Source: Cyclonatronaceae bacterium (GTDB lineage Bacteria; Bacteroidota; Rhodothermia; Balneolales; Cyclonatronaceae). Taken from it: DNA of 64,000 nt. Positions 1 through 8,225 of the stretch are shown in pieces (position 1 is the first letter of the stretch; every line of letters begins with the position of its first letter). The notes below the pieces were generated by a model. The model did not search any database. It had not been told where the DNA came from and saw only the letters and a program-made list of their open reading frames with translations. Location of the stretch: positions 35,690 to 99,689 of the forward strand of contig JBLRWO010000009.1 in NCBI GenBank assembly GCA_047921215.1, written 5' to 3'. Position numbers and translations under genes: made by a program.

Positions 1-1
1 C

Positions 2-205
2 GGCGAAAAAGAATCCCCCCATATTATCAATGCCAGCCGAAAACGCCGCATTGCAAAGGGTTCGGGCACAACTGTCAGGGAAGTAAACGATTTGCTCCGC
101 CAGTTCGAGCAGATGAAGAAGATGATGAAGACCATGACCAAAATGAACAAAATGGGCAGGGCTGTACAAGGCCTCAAGAATATATATGCACAAAAAAAAC
201 CATAA
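2..205 (+). CDS. ffh: Signal recognition particle protein Ffh, 3' end (partial, enters from the left edge)
   Basis: Frame-2 translation reads [52 protein letters not shown]..., the conserved C-terminal M-domain tail of Ffh. Stop TAA at 203-205. It is followed by the canonical rpsP-rimM-trmD-rplS cluster. Confidence 0.85.
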   Translation, partial: GEKESPHIINASRKRRIAKGSGTTVREVNDLLRQFEQMKKMMKTMTKMNKMGRAVQGLKNIYAQKKP

Positions 206-238
206 ACCGAAACCAATAAGTATGATCAGGAGTTTAAC

Positions 239-1003
239 GTGGTTAAGCTGAGACTACAGCGACACGGACGTAAAAGGCTGCCCTACTATCATGTAGTGGC
301 TACCGATATCCGAAACAAACGCGACGGCAGAATTATCGAAGATCTGGGCCGTTACAACCCGGTTTCAACACCGGTAATGGTCGATCTGAAAACCGACCGA
401 ATTATTCATTGGCTGCAAACCGGTGCTCAACCCACCGACACCGTGCGCAACCTTCTCAAAAAAGAGGGCATCTTCTACCGCCTTCATCTGCTGAGATGGA
501 ATAAATCGGAAGAGGAAATCGAGACGACCATTTCAGAATGGAAAACAGAGAAATCTGCCCTTAAATCTGACGAAACCGGTACAAAAGACCGTAAAGCTGC
601 CCAGGTGAAAGCCGAAGAGGAAGCCTACAAGAAAGCTCAGGCTAAAAAAGCAGAAGAAGCAGCTGTAAAGGCTAAAGAAGCGGAGAAAGCCAAAGCTGAA
701 AAGGCTGCCATTGCAGAAGCGGAGGAAGCTGCTGCCGAAGCCGCAGAGTCCAGCGCTGAAACAGCCGAAGCTACCGGTGGAGAAGAAACTGCTGAAACCG
801 GTGAAGCACCGGCAGAAGAGGTTACTGCTGAAGCATCAGCCGAAACCAAAGCAAAAGCTGAAGAGTCGAAGCAGGAAGCCAAAGCCGACGACAAAAAGGC
901 CGAAACTGCTGCCGAAACTACCGAAGCACCCGTCGAAGAGGCCAAATCTGAAGCCGACGAAACCTCAGCCGACACCGAAAAAAAGGATAAAGAGGAGAAG
1001 TAA
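239..1003 (+). CDS. rpsP: 30S ribosomal protein S16 with a long Ala/Glu/Lys-rich C-terminal extension
   Basis: The N-terminus MVKLRLQRHGRKRLPYYHVVATDIRNKRDGRIIEDLGRYNPV is the S16 signature. GTG start. Synteny is with rimM-trmD-rplS. Residues from about 95 to 254 are low-complexity A/E/K/T. Confidence 0.9.
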   Translation: MVKLRLQRHGRKRLPYYHVVATDIRNKRDGRIIEDLGRYNPVSTPVMVDLKTDRIIHWLQTGAQPTDTVRNLLKKEGIFYRLHLLRWNKSEEEIETTISEWKTEKSALKSDETGTKDRKAAQVKAEEEAYKKAQAKKAEEAAVKAKEAEKAKAEKAAIAEAEEAAAEAAESSAETAEATGGEETAETGEAPAEEVTAEASAETKAKAEESKQEAKADDKKAETAAETTEAPVEEAKSEADETSADTEKKDKEEK

Positions 1004-1041
1004 TCTCCTCCCCCTTACCTTTACATCCGGAAAGCCGGGTT

Positions 1042-1569
1042 TTGACAAAAGACTCAAACTACAACACCGCCGGTAGAATCATCCGTGTTCACGGAACGGC
1101 CGGTATGGTTGTTTTTGAATCTGAATCGGTCATACCCGAAACCGGCAATCTATTTCTTGTTGAACAGTCCGAAGGGGACATGAGGCCCTACCGGGCTGAA
1201 AAAGCCTCACCTGCCGGTAAAGCAGGCAGGCACCTGTTCTTTCTCAAGTTTGTTGATATCGACAACCGTTCCGCTGCAGAAGCACTGAAAGGATTCAGGG
1301 TTTTTGAGAACCCGGGGTCTGCATATTCACGCATACCGGCTGATGAACCAGCCGGAACAGACCTCACCGGTTACACGGTAACTGATGCCGGATCGCGACT
1401 CGAGGGATATGTGTCGGAAGTGATCGACAACCCGGCTCACCCGCTGTTGCAGGTGCAGTTCGACTCGGCACTGATCCTCGTTCCCCTTGTGGATGCCTAT
1501 ATTACCGGCATCGACCATAAAAACAGCCGGATTACCGCACGTAACCTGGAAATGTTCACCGACCTCTGA
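1042..1569 (+). CDS. rimM: 16S rRNA processing protein RimM
   Basis: 175 aa. The GRIIRVHGTAGMVVFES motif is typical of the RimM N-terminal barrel. The gene lies between rpsP and trmD. The start appears to be TTG. Confidence 0.85.
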   Translation: MTKDSNYNTAGRIIRVHGTAGMVVFESESVIPETGNLFLVEQSEGDMRPYRAEKASPAGKAGRHLFFLKFVDIDNRSAAEALKGFRVFENPGSAYSRIPADEPAGTDLTGYTVTDAGSRLEGYVSEVIDNPAHPLLQVQFDSALILVPLVDAYITGIDHKNSRITARNLEMFTDL

Positions 1570-1575
1570 TCTGCC

Positions 1576-2277
1576 ATGCTGCGCATCGACCTCATATCTG
1601 CCGTGCCCGACCTGCTGGGTAACCCGATTAGTCACAGCATCGTTAAGATAGCCCGCGAAAAAGGCCTCCTGGATGTTCACATCCATAACCTGCGCGACTA
1701 CTCAACCGACAGGCACCGCAAGATCGACGACTACCCCTATGGCGGTGGTGCCGGAATGGTAATCACACCCCAGCCCGTGTTCGACTGTATCGAAAATCTG
1801 ACCTCGGAACGCTCGTATGACGAAATCATCTTCATGAGCCCCGATGGTATCGCCTTCGATCAGAAGCAGGCCAACAACCTGTCGCTAAAGAAGAACATTA
1901 TCATCCTCTGCGGCCATTATAAAGGCATCGATCAGCGAATCCGGGATGTACTCATAACACGCGAATTCAGTATCGGTGATGTTGTACTCTCCGGTGGCGA
2001 ACTGCCCGCCCTCATGGTTGTGGATGCGGTTGCAAGGCTTCTGCCTGGTGTTTTGGGTGATGCGGAAAGTGCTCTCTCCGATTCTTTCCAGGACGATTTA
2101 CTTGACAGCCCGGTTTATACCAGGCCGGCTGATTTCAGAGGATACAAAGTTCCCGGCGTACTAACTTCAGGCGATCATGAAAAAGTACAAGTGTGGCGCA
2201 AACAACAGGCGGTCGATAAAACCAGACAACTGAGACCCGATATTTACAACGAATATTTAAAAAAAAACGACGAATAG
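1576..2277 (+). CDS. trmD: tRNA (guanine37-N1)-methyltransferase TrmD
   Basis: [14 protein letters not shown]..., [12 protein letters not shown] and [14 protein letters not shown] are TrmD motifs, and synteny is conserved. Confidence 0.95.
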   Translation: MLRIDLISAVPDLLGNPISHSIVKIAREKGLLDVHIHNLRDYSTDRHRKIDDYPYGGGAGMVITPQPVFDCIENLTSERSYDEIIFMSPDGIAFDQKQANNLSLKKNIIILCGHYKGIDQRIRDVLITREFSIGDVVLSGGELPALMVVDAVARLLPGVLGDAESALSDSFQDDLLDSPVYTRPADFRGYKVPGVLTSGDHEKVQVWRKQQAVDKTRQLRPDIYNEYLKKNDE

Positions 2278-2316
2278 TCAGAACAACCAAAAGCCGACAG
2301 GCAAAGCGATAAAATC

Positions 2317-2664
2317 ATGGATAAGCTCAATCTTGTAGAACAAACCCAGGTACACGACAACGTGGCCAAATTCGCCCCCGGCGATACTGTGAATGTACAC
2401 TACCGTGTAAAAGAGGGCGACAAAGAACGCATCCAGCAATACGAAGGCGTAGTTATAGCCGACCGTGGCGCCGGAGCCAACAAAACGTTTACCGTTCGCA
2501 AAATTTCGAACAACGTGGGCGTTGAGCGTATCTTCCCGCTCTATTCCACCTCCATTGCCAAAATCGAAGTAAAGAAAAGAGGCAAGGTCCGGCGCAGCAA
2601 ACTGTTCTATCTGCGTGAATTAAAAGGAAAAGCCGCAAGAATCAAAGAAAAAGCACGCAGCTGA
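2317..2664 (+). CDS. rplS: 50S ribosomal protein L19
   Basis: 115 aa. [30 protein letters not shown] and RRSKLFYLR are L19 motifs. It is the last gene of the trmD operon. Confidence 0.95.
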   Translation: MDKLNLVEQTQVHDNVAKFAPGDTVNVHYRVKEGDKERIQQYEGVVIADRGAGANKTFTVRKISNNVGVERIFPLYSTSIAKIEVKKRGKVRRSKLFYLRELKGKAARIKEKARS

Positions 2665-2870
2665 TATTTGGGTACGAAATTCGGACTAGTCGGTAATCCG
2701 TATCAGGGCAAGGCTTTCGGACTGAATGCCTTCGATCTTTTCTTTCCGGCTTGACCACAATACAGATCATCAAGTGTATTATGATCTTTCTGCTTTTTTA
2801 AGTTTAATAATGCTTTAATCCATTCTTAACCAGTTTTTACTAATATTTGGTATTGCAGCGATCAATACAT

Positions 2871-2907
2871 GCGGTTCATATTCAGTATATGAACCGCTTT
2901 TTTTTTT
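2871..2907 (+). terminator. Rho-independent terminator downstream of rplS
   Basis: Perfect 11-bp stem GCGGTTCATAT/ATATGAACCGC (2871-2897) with a 5-nt loop, followed by T10 (2898-2907). Confidence 0.75.
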
Positions 2908-2952
2908 ACAAATCAACTTAGCCAGCTTCATTTCAACAAAAATCGGCAAGAA

Positions 2953-3723
2953 TCAGTCTTCATATCTTTGCGGATGTCTCCTCAACAGGCTTCGATACTG
3001 TAGTACACAAAACAGTTCCCTGTCGAGCATCTCACTCACTACTTCGGCCCCTCCGATTGTAAGGTGTATCACACCATAATCACAACCTGATTTGACGATT
3101 CTTGATGGTATCTTGAGCCCATCAAACAATTCATAACCTGAATATGTGTACACGAATGTGCATCTGCCGCCCATTAGAGGTATATAGTAGTTTACTGTTG
3201 CTTTAACAGGCAGAAAGCTCTCCCGTTGGTAATCAACCGTCCAGCTTATGCCGTCGGAATCGTTCATTTGCAGCTGCCAGTTTCCGGTTTCCGGATTGAC
3301 ATGTGCTGAATCAGCCGCTATAAAATTCAGAAATGGAATAACATCAAAATTTCTTTCTGCCACCGATCCCATATAGACAAGATTACTCAGACCGGGCTGG
3401 TCTACAAATCGCTGAACCGGAGACCTGCCGACAGCAAGCAGACTGTCGTTATAGTAAAATACAGTTAGCCGGTAATCATCAATGGCTCTGAACTCTTCGA
3501 AACTTCCGGATATTTCCACCTCTTCACTTCCTGCAGCCAGATAATCGAAATTCCCGTAAATGAAGAGCTGTTTGGGGGGCGAATTATCGTCGTATCCAAT
3601 TGCATCAAGATATTTCGATAGTATTTGCTTTGATGGAACGGTTGTTTGTGAATGCACTTTAACACATATACCCAGCAGACAGATATTCAGGCTTAGTACA
3701 AATCTTATATACCTTGATGTCAT
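2953..3723 (-). CDS. Hypothetical secreted protein (signal peptide, family not recognised)
   Basis: 256-aa ORF with the N-terminal signal-like segment MTSRYIRFVLSLNICLLGICVKVHSQ. I recognised no family motif. It lies in the AT-rich islet. Confidence 0.55.
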   Translation of the reverse strand: MTSRYIRFVLSLNICLLGICVKVHSQTTVPSKQILSKYLDAIGYDDNSPPKQLFIYGNFDYLAAGSEEVEISGSFEEFRAIDDYRLTVFYYNDSLLAVGRSPVQRFVDQPGLSNLVYMGSVAERNFDVIPFLNFIAADSAHVNPETGNWQLQMNDSDGISWTVDYQRESFLPVKATVNYYIPLMGGRCTFVYTYSGYELFDGLKIPSRIVKSGCDYGVIHLTIGGAEVVSEMLDRELFCVLQYRSLLRRHPQRYED

Positions 3724-3860
3724 TTTTTGAAATTCGTTTCCTGAATATTAAATGTCGGTGATATGTTTGCTCCCTTAAATGCTAAAAATTAAATATCAAG
3801 AACTGTTTATTAATTATGCTATTTATATTTAAGAAATAGATATTATTTAGATTGACTATA

Positions 3861-3876
3861 ATATATATATATATAT
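3861..3876. repeat. (AT)8 dinucleotide microsatellite in a divergent promoter region
   Basis: Direct reading gives ...TTGACTATA(AT)8TCGC.... It lies between the divergently oriented ORFs 2953-3723 (-) and 3941-4186 (+). Confidence 0.9.
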
Positions 3877-3940
3877 TCGCTGCAATGTCAAACGACATGA
3901 TTGTTTGTATATCTAAAAACCTTAACATAATTAAACAGAT

Positions 3941-4186
3941 ATGAAAATAATCTCCGTTCTAATTCTAAGCTTGAGTCTGCTTATGCTTTCAGCTTTTTTA
4001 AGTGGAACTGGGCAATTTAAACCAATGGAATGTTCGGCATTTAGCCCAAACAGGTGCGTTGATGAATTATCAGGGGGGTGTCCTAATGGAACTATTTATA
4101 CATTTTCCTGTGCCTCCGATATTTGCGGTAATCAAACCACTCCTCAATGTCTTATTTGTGTAACAACAGATCCCGGGGAAAACTAA
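3941..4186 (+). CDS. Small secreted cysteine-rich peptide (81 aa, about 58 aa mature), function unknown
   Basis: Signal peptide MKIISVLILSLSLLMLSAFLSG, then a region with 7 Cys (..MECSAFSPNRCVDELSGGCPNGTIYTFSCASDICGNQTTPQCLICV..). A dedicated terminator follows directly. The coding call rests on the signal peptide plus this terminator placement. Confidence 0.5.
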   Translation: MKIISVLILSLSLLMLSAFLSGTGQFKPMECSAFSPNRCVDELSGGCPNGTIYTFSCASDICGNQTTPQCLICVTTDPGEN

Positions 4187-4245
4187 AATCCTAAATAACA
4201 TGCTAATAGTTCGACATTCAATTACCTACTGTTAAGAAAAAAAAG

Positions 4246-4285
4246 TGGCAAATATCAGTTTATTGGGCTGATTTTTGCCATTTTT
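4246..4285 (+). terminator. Rho-independent terminator or attenuator after the Cys-rich peptide gene
   Basis: A8 tract (4237-4244), then stem TGGCAAAtATCAG (4246-4258) / CTGATtTTTGCCA (4268-4280) with a 9-nt loop, then T5 (4281-4285). It ends 17 nt before the next ATG. Confidence 0.7.
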
Positions 4286-4302
4286 AACTCCCGTATCATA
4301 AT

Positions 4303-5244
4303 ATGAAAACCATCTGCACCGTATTATTTCTTTTATTCTTCTCTGATCTTTCTGCCCAGAAATTGTCATTCATCACAGATTTTGGAAACCATTCGAATCC
4401 TGAATTATTTGAATTCGCGGCCATCAGCGACATCAGCACTGTAAATAAGGAACTATTTGTACTTGATCCTGTTCTCGGGCATATTCATCTCCTTAAATTC
4501 AAAGAAGATGTCGTACAAAGATATGGCAATATCAAAATCCCGGCGGGCAGGGGGCCCGGCGAGTTACAGAATCTTTCCAATCTAGCCGTTTCTGAACACC
4601 ACATTGCCATATCGGACGCTAGAAATCATAAAATCGTACTACTCGACCGTGAAGGGGGCCTCATTTCTGAATTTGTGACCAGATTCAGGCCAACCCGGCT
4701 TTATTTTCACAACGAAAGACTGCTTGTTTCCGGATTCTGGCCGACTCTGCGGGGTGATATTGTCCATGTTTTTGACCTACAGGGCGAGCTGGTCCGGAAT
4801 TTTGTGCCCAAGCCCGATAATTGGATTCAGGTGGCACAGACCGGTAATTTTGAGCGCCTGCTGTCTTCTGAGGATTTCCTGTATGTCAGTTATCCAAGTC
4901 CGATGAGAATCGAAAAGTATGACTGGTCTGGAGCGCTGTCCGGCAGTTTCACAGATCCGAATACAGGTGGAGATATCGTGAAGGACGGGGATCTCCATTT
5001 AATTGAAACCAGAATCGTTGATCTGGTTTGGAAGGACCATTCACTTCTGGCGCTTGTAATCCATGGCGACAGGTATTCTATTGATCTGTTTGATACCGAT
5101 CTGAAGCATCTGAAATCTGTTCCGGTAAAACCGGTGAATTCAGATCACATCAGTTTCCTCAGAATGCTTGGGAGTGATCATGTGGTAATCAGGCAGATTG
5201 AGCCCGTTCACCATATTCAGATTTACAGGCTTGAGACCAACTGA
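4303..5244 (+). CDS. Secreted NHL-repeat-like or 6-bladed beta-propeller-like protein (tentative)
   Basis: 313 aa with signal peptide MKTICTVLFLLFFSDLSAQ. Repeated strand-like segments such as IAISDARNHKIVLLDREGGLISEF resemble NHL or beta-propeller blades. The family assignment is tentative. Confidence 0.5.
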   Translation: MKTICTVLFLLFFSDLSAQKLSFITDFGNHSNPELFEFAAISDISTVNKELFVLDPVLGHIHLLKFKEDVVQRYGNIKIPAGRGPGELQNLSNLAVSEHHIAISDARNHKIVLLDREGGLISEFVTRFRPTRLYFHNERLLVSGFWPTLRGDIVHVFDLQGELVRNFVPKPDNWIQVAQTGNFERLLSSEDFLYVSYPSPMRIEKYDWSGALSGSFTDPNTGGDIVKDGDLHLIETRIVDLVWKDHSLLALVIHGDRYSIDLFDTDLKHLKSVPVKPVNSDHISFLRMLGSDHVVIRQIEPVHHIQIYRLETN

Positions 5245-5284
5245 AATTTGTTTCTGAATTGATGTTAACCGAACTCGGGAGGCT

Positions 5285-6406
5285 TCACTTAAAAAGTATT
5301 TCAATCTTCTCCGTAGGCGGTTCCGCAGCATTCCGAATCGAGATCTGCTGGGCCGTACGCTGACTTATCGCAATAAGCGCCTCGGATGCCAGGCTGCTTT
5401 CTTTTTCGATTACAACCGGGGCACCGCTGTCGCTACCGCTGCGCACACGCTCTTCGAGCGGTACTTCGCCGAGGAATGGCACATCAAGTTTTTCAGCCAG
5501 CCTTCTGGCGCCACCCTGACCGAAGATGTAATACTTTTTGTCCGGCATATCGGGGGGTGTGAAATAGGCCATATTTTCGACTATACCAAGCACGGGAACG
5601 TTTACTTTCCGGAACATGGCAACGGCTTTCCGGGCATCGTCGAGGGCAACATCCTGCGGTGTGGATACCACAACGGCCCCTGTAAGCGGCACGGATTGCA
5701 CGATGGTCAGCTGAATATCGCCGGTACCTGGAGGCAGATCCATAATCAGGTAATCGAGCTCGCCCCATTCGGCTTCGGTGAGGAACTGCTTGACCGCGCT
5801 TGAAACCATAGGCCCGCGCCATACCACAGCCTGGTCCTGGTCGACCAGAAATCCCATCGAGAGCAACTTAACACCGTATTTTTCGAGCGGGATGATCCGG
5901 CGCTGCGTATTGATGTTCGGCCGTTCATTGATATTAAACATGGTCGGGATGCTTGGACCGTAGATATCGGTATCCACAAGACCGACTTTCGCCCCGTCTC
6001 TGGCCAGTGCCACGGCAAGATTTACAGAGATGGTCGATTTTCCAACGCCGCCCTTGCCCGAGGCCACCGCTATAATATTCTTGACCCCTGCGAGCATGTT
6101 CTCCTGCCCTTCCGCCTGGGGGGCACGGCCCTGGGTTACTTTTGAATCCATCCTGATGGCGACCTCGGCTTCCGCATCTACCAGATGCTTTATGGCATTG
6201 TGGCAGGCGCGTTCGATTTCGGCCTTCATGGGGCATGCCGGGGTAGTGAGGTTTACGGTAAAGGCTACTTTCTTGCCGTCAATACGGATGTCTTCAATCA
6301 TATTCAGCGTTACCAGGTCCTTACCAAGGTCCGGATCGATAACGTTGCTGAGTGCTTCTTTAACCTGTGTTTCAGTAATGGGCATTATTCCAAATTTTAT
6401 AGACAT
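5285..6406 (-). CDS. apbC: Fe-S cluster carrier ATPase, Mrp/ApbC/NBP35 family
   Basis: The N-terminal DUF59-like segment (VIDPDLGKDLVTLNMI), the deviant Walker A SGKGGVGKSTISVNLA, and CPxC-free Mrp-type C-terminal motifs. Confidence 0.92.
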   Translation of the reverse strand: MSIKFGIMPITETQVKEALSNVIDPDLGKDLVTLNMIEDIRIDGKKVAFTVNLTTPACPMKAEIERACHNAIKHLVDAEAEVAIRMDSKVTQGRAPQAEGQENMLAGVKNIIAVASGKGGVGKSTISVNLAVALARDGAKVGLVDTDIYGPSIPTMFNINERPNINTQRRIIPLEKYGVKLLSMGFLVDQDQAVVWRGPMVSSAVKQFLTEAEWGELDYLIMDLPPGTGDIQLTIVQSVPLTGAVVVSTPQDVALDDARKAVAMFRKVNVPVLGIVENMAYFTPPDMPDKKYYIFGQGGARRLAEKLDVPFLGEVPLEERVRSGSDSGAPVVIEKESSLASEALIAISQRTAQQISIRNAAEPPTEKIEILFK

Positions 6407-6617
6407 TTCCGGTTACGGGAACTGATATATTCGATGACCGGCATTTATCAGCCATTTTACTGACATAAATCAGCTAATCATCCGCCATCTGCATTCCGTT
6501 TCACTCAAATTTAACGATTCTGCATGAAGGTTTTGTGTAGATTCATGTTTAAACTTCATGATTAAACGTCAGTGTTATAACCCGAAGTAATTTTTCGATC
6601 ACCACAAGCAGGCTGTC

Positions 6618-6980
6618 ATGTCAGAATTCATCCATCAAAACAAACCGGTCAGGATTCCTGTGCCGGGCAACAAAACCATCCTTGAACATTTTGGTCTGCT
6701 GGCCAACGCGATCAGCACATTCTCGGTGGCACGCATGATTGCCCCGCCAGAATGGGGTGAACCCTGGCAGGCGCCTGAATTTGATGAACTTACTCTGATG
6801 GTGGGGGGAAAAATGCAGGTAGAAACCGATAAGGGTACGTTTGAATTGTCGGCCGGCGACTCCTTCTTCAGCAGCGCGGGTAACCGGGTACGCTACAGCA
6901 ATCCGTTTCATGCTGAAGCCGAGTACTGGGCCGTCTGCATACCCGCATTTACCCCTGAAACAGCTAACCGCGATGAATGA
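6618..6980 (+). CDS. Cupin domain-containing protein
   Basis: 120 aa. The small beta-barrel pattern (..ELTLMVGGKMQVETDKGTFELSAGDSFF..VRYSNP..) is typical of cupins. Confidence 0.65.
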   Translation: MSEFIHQNKPVRIPVPGNKTILEHFGLLANAISTFSVARMIAPPEWGEPWQAPEFDELTLMVGGKMQVETDKGTFELSAGDSFFSSAGNRVRYSNPFHAEAEYWAVCIPAFTPETANRDE

Positions 6981-7118
6981 ACAGGTTAGCCCGGCATTTT
7001 TACTACTTATTATCGTCATAACTTAACGTGTACGCAGACAATTGCAGGCCAATCGCCTGGTATAATGACCCCTGCTTTTTTCTTATATTGACGTGATTAA
7101 ACCAACCTGAATAAAATA

Positions 7119-8216
7119 ATGCCAAAGAGAACACCATTTTTTGACGTACACCGGCAGGCAGGGGCCAAAATGATCGATTTTGGCGGGTACGAAATGCCCG
7201 TACATTATACAGGAATCCGCAGGGAGCACCTGGCCGTTCGTGAGCATGCCGGCATGTTCGACGTTTCCCACATGGGCGAATTTTTCATCAGCGGCGATCA
7301 GGCTGAAGCCCTGTTGCAACACATCACCGTTAATGACGTGAGCAAGCTGGTACCCGGCAAAGCCCAGTACAGCGCCATTTGCTACCCCGACGGGGGAATC
7401 GTTGATGACCTGATCGTCTACAAACTGGCTGATGACCGTTTCATGATGGTGGTGAACGCCTCCAACCGCGAAAAGGACCTGGAATGGGTGATGAACAACA
7501 ACCACATGAACGCCCTTGTTGAAGACCTCTCCGACGAAATGTGCCTGCTTGCAGTTCAGGGCCCTAAAGCCGAGTTGATACTGCAAAAAATTACCGGCGT
7601 TCCGCTGTCGGATATCTCCTTCTATACGTTTGCAACAGGGCGCCTTGCCGGTTTCGACGGAGTGATCATCTCGGCAACAGGATACACCGGCGAACGCGGT
7701 TTTGAACTCTATTTCGACCGCAGGGAAACCGATCCCAGGGCTGTCTGGTCGGCCATTATGCACTACGGAGTGGCGGAAGGTCTCGAACCTGCCGGACTCG
7801 GTGCACGCGACACTCTTCGCCTCGAAATGGGGTATGCGCTCTATGGCAACGATATTTCCAGGGAAACCAATACTATTGAAGCCGGGCTCGGGTGGATTAC
7901 CAAACTCGCCAAGGGCGATTTTATCGGGCGGGAAGCGCTTGAAAAAATCAAAATCACCGGACCTGCCCGTAAACTATGCGGATTCGTAATGGATGAAGAG
8001 CGCGCCATACCCCGGCAGGGTTATGAAATTCTGAGTGACGCCGGGGAGGTGATCGGACATGTGACCAGCGGAACCCAGTCGATAACCAGCGGTGCCGGTA
8101 TCGGAATGGGATATGTGAAGACGGGTTTTTCAGGGGAAGACACACGTATTAAAATCAGGGTTCGAAACCGCGATATACCCGCCGTTGTTAAAAAACCACC
8201 CTTCATCAGGAAGTAG
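7119..8216 (+). CDS. gcvT: Glycine cleavage system aminomethyltransferase T protein
   Basis: MPKRTPFFDVHRQAGAKMIDFGGYEMPVHY...AGMFDVSHMGEF is the GcvT signature. 365 aa. Confidence 0.95.
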   Translation: MPKRTPFFDVHRQAGAKMIDFGGYEMPVHYTGIRREHLAVREHAGMFDVSHMGEFFISGDQAEALLQHITVNDVSKLVPGKAQYSAICYPDGGIVDDLIVYKLADDRFMMVVNASNREKDLEWVMNNNHMNALVEDLSDEMCLLAVQGPKAELILQKITGVPLSDISFYTFATGRLAGFDGVIISATGYTGERGFELYFDRRETDPRAVWSAIMHYGVAEGLEPAGLGARDTLRLEMGYALYGNDISRETNTIEAGLGWITKLAKGDFIGREALEKIKITGPARKLCGFVMDEERAIPRQGYEILSDAGEVIGHVTSGTQSITSGAGIGMGYVKTGFSGEDTRIKIRVRNRDIPAVVKKPPFIRK

Positions 8217-8225
8217 TCTGTTACC

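Noticed and set aside
637-1076. ORFs 637-975 (-) and 711-1076 (+) overlapping the rpsP tail.
   Set aside because: They arise from the low-complexity GCx/GAA/AAA repeat DNA of the S16 tail. Their translations are poly-Ser/Ala or Lys/Pro runs. The frame continuous with the S16 domain is the parsimonious coding frame.
6981-7118. Looked for a glycine riboswitch upstream of gcvT.
   Set aside because: The 138-nt spacer lacks the conserved GGAGAG...CACCG and CTCTGGAGAG...ACCGAAGGGGCAA-type cores. Only a short CAGGC/GCCTG hairpin is present.
8155-8175. A GGTTCGAAACC-like string resembling a tRNA T-arm.
   Set aside because: It lies inside the gcvT reading frame. No acceptor or anticodon stems can be built around it.
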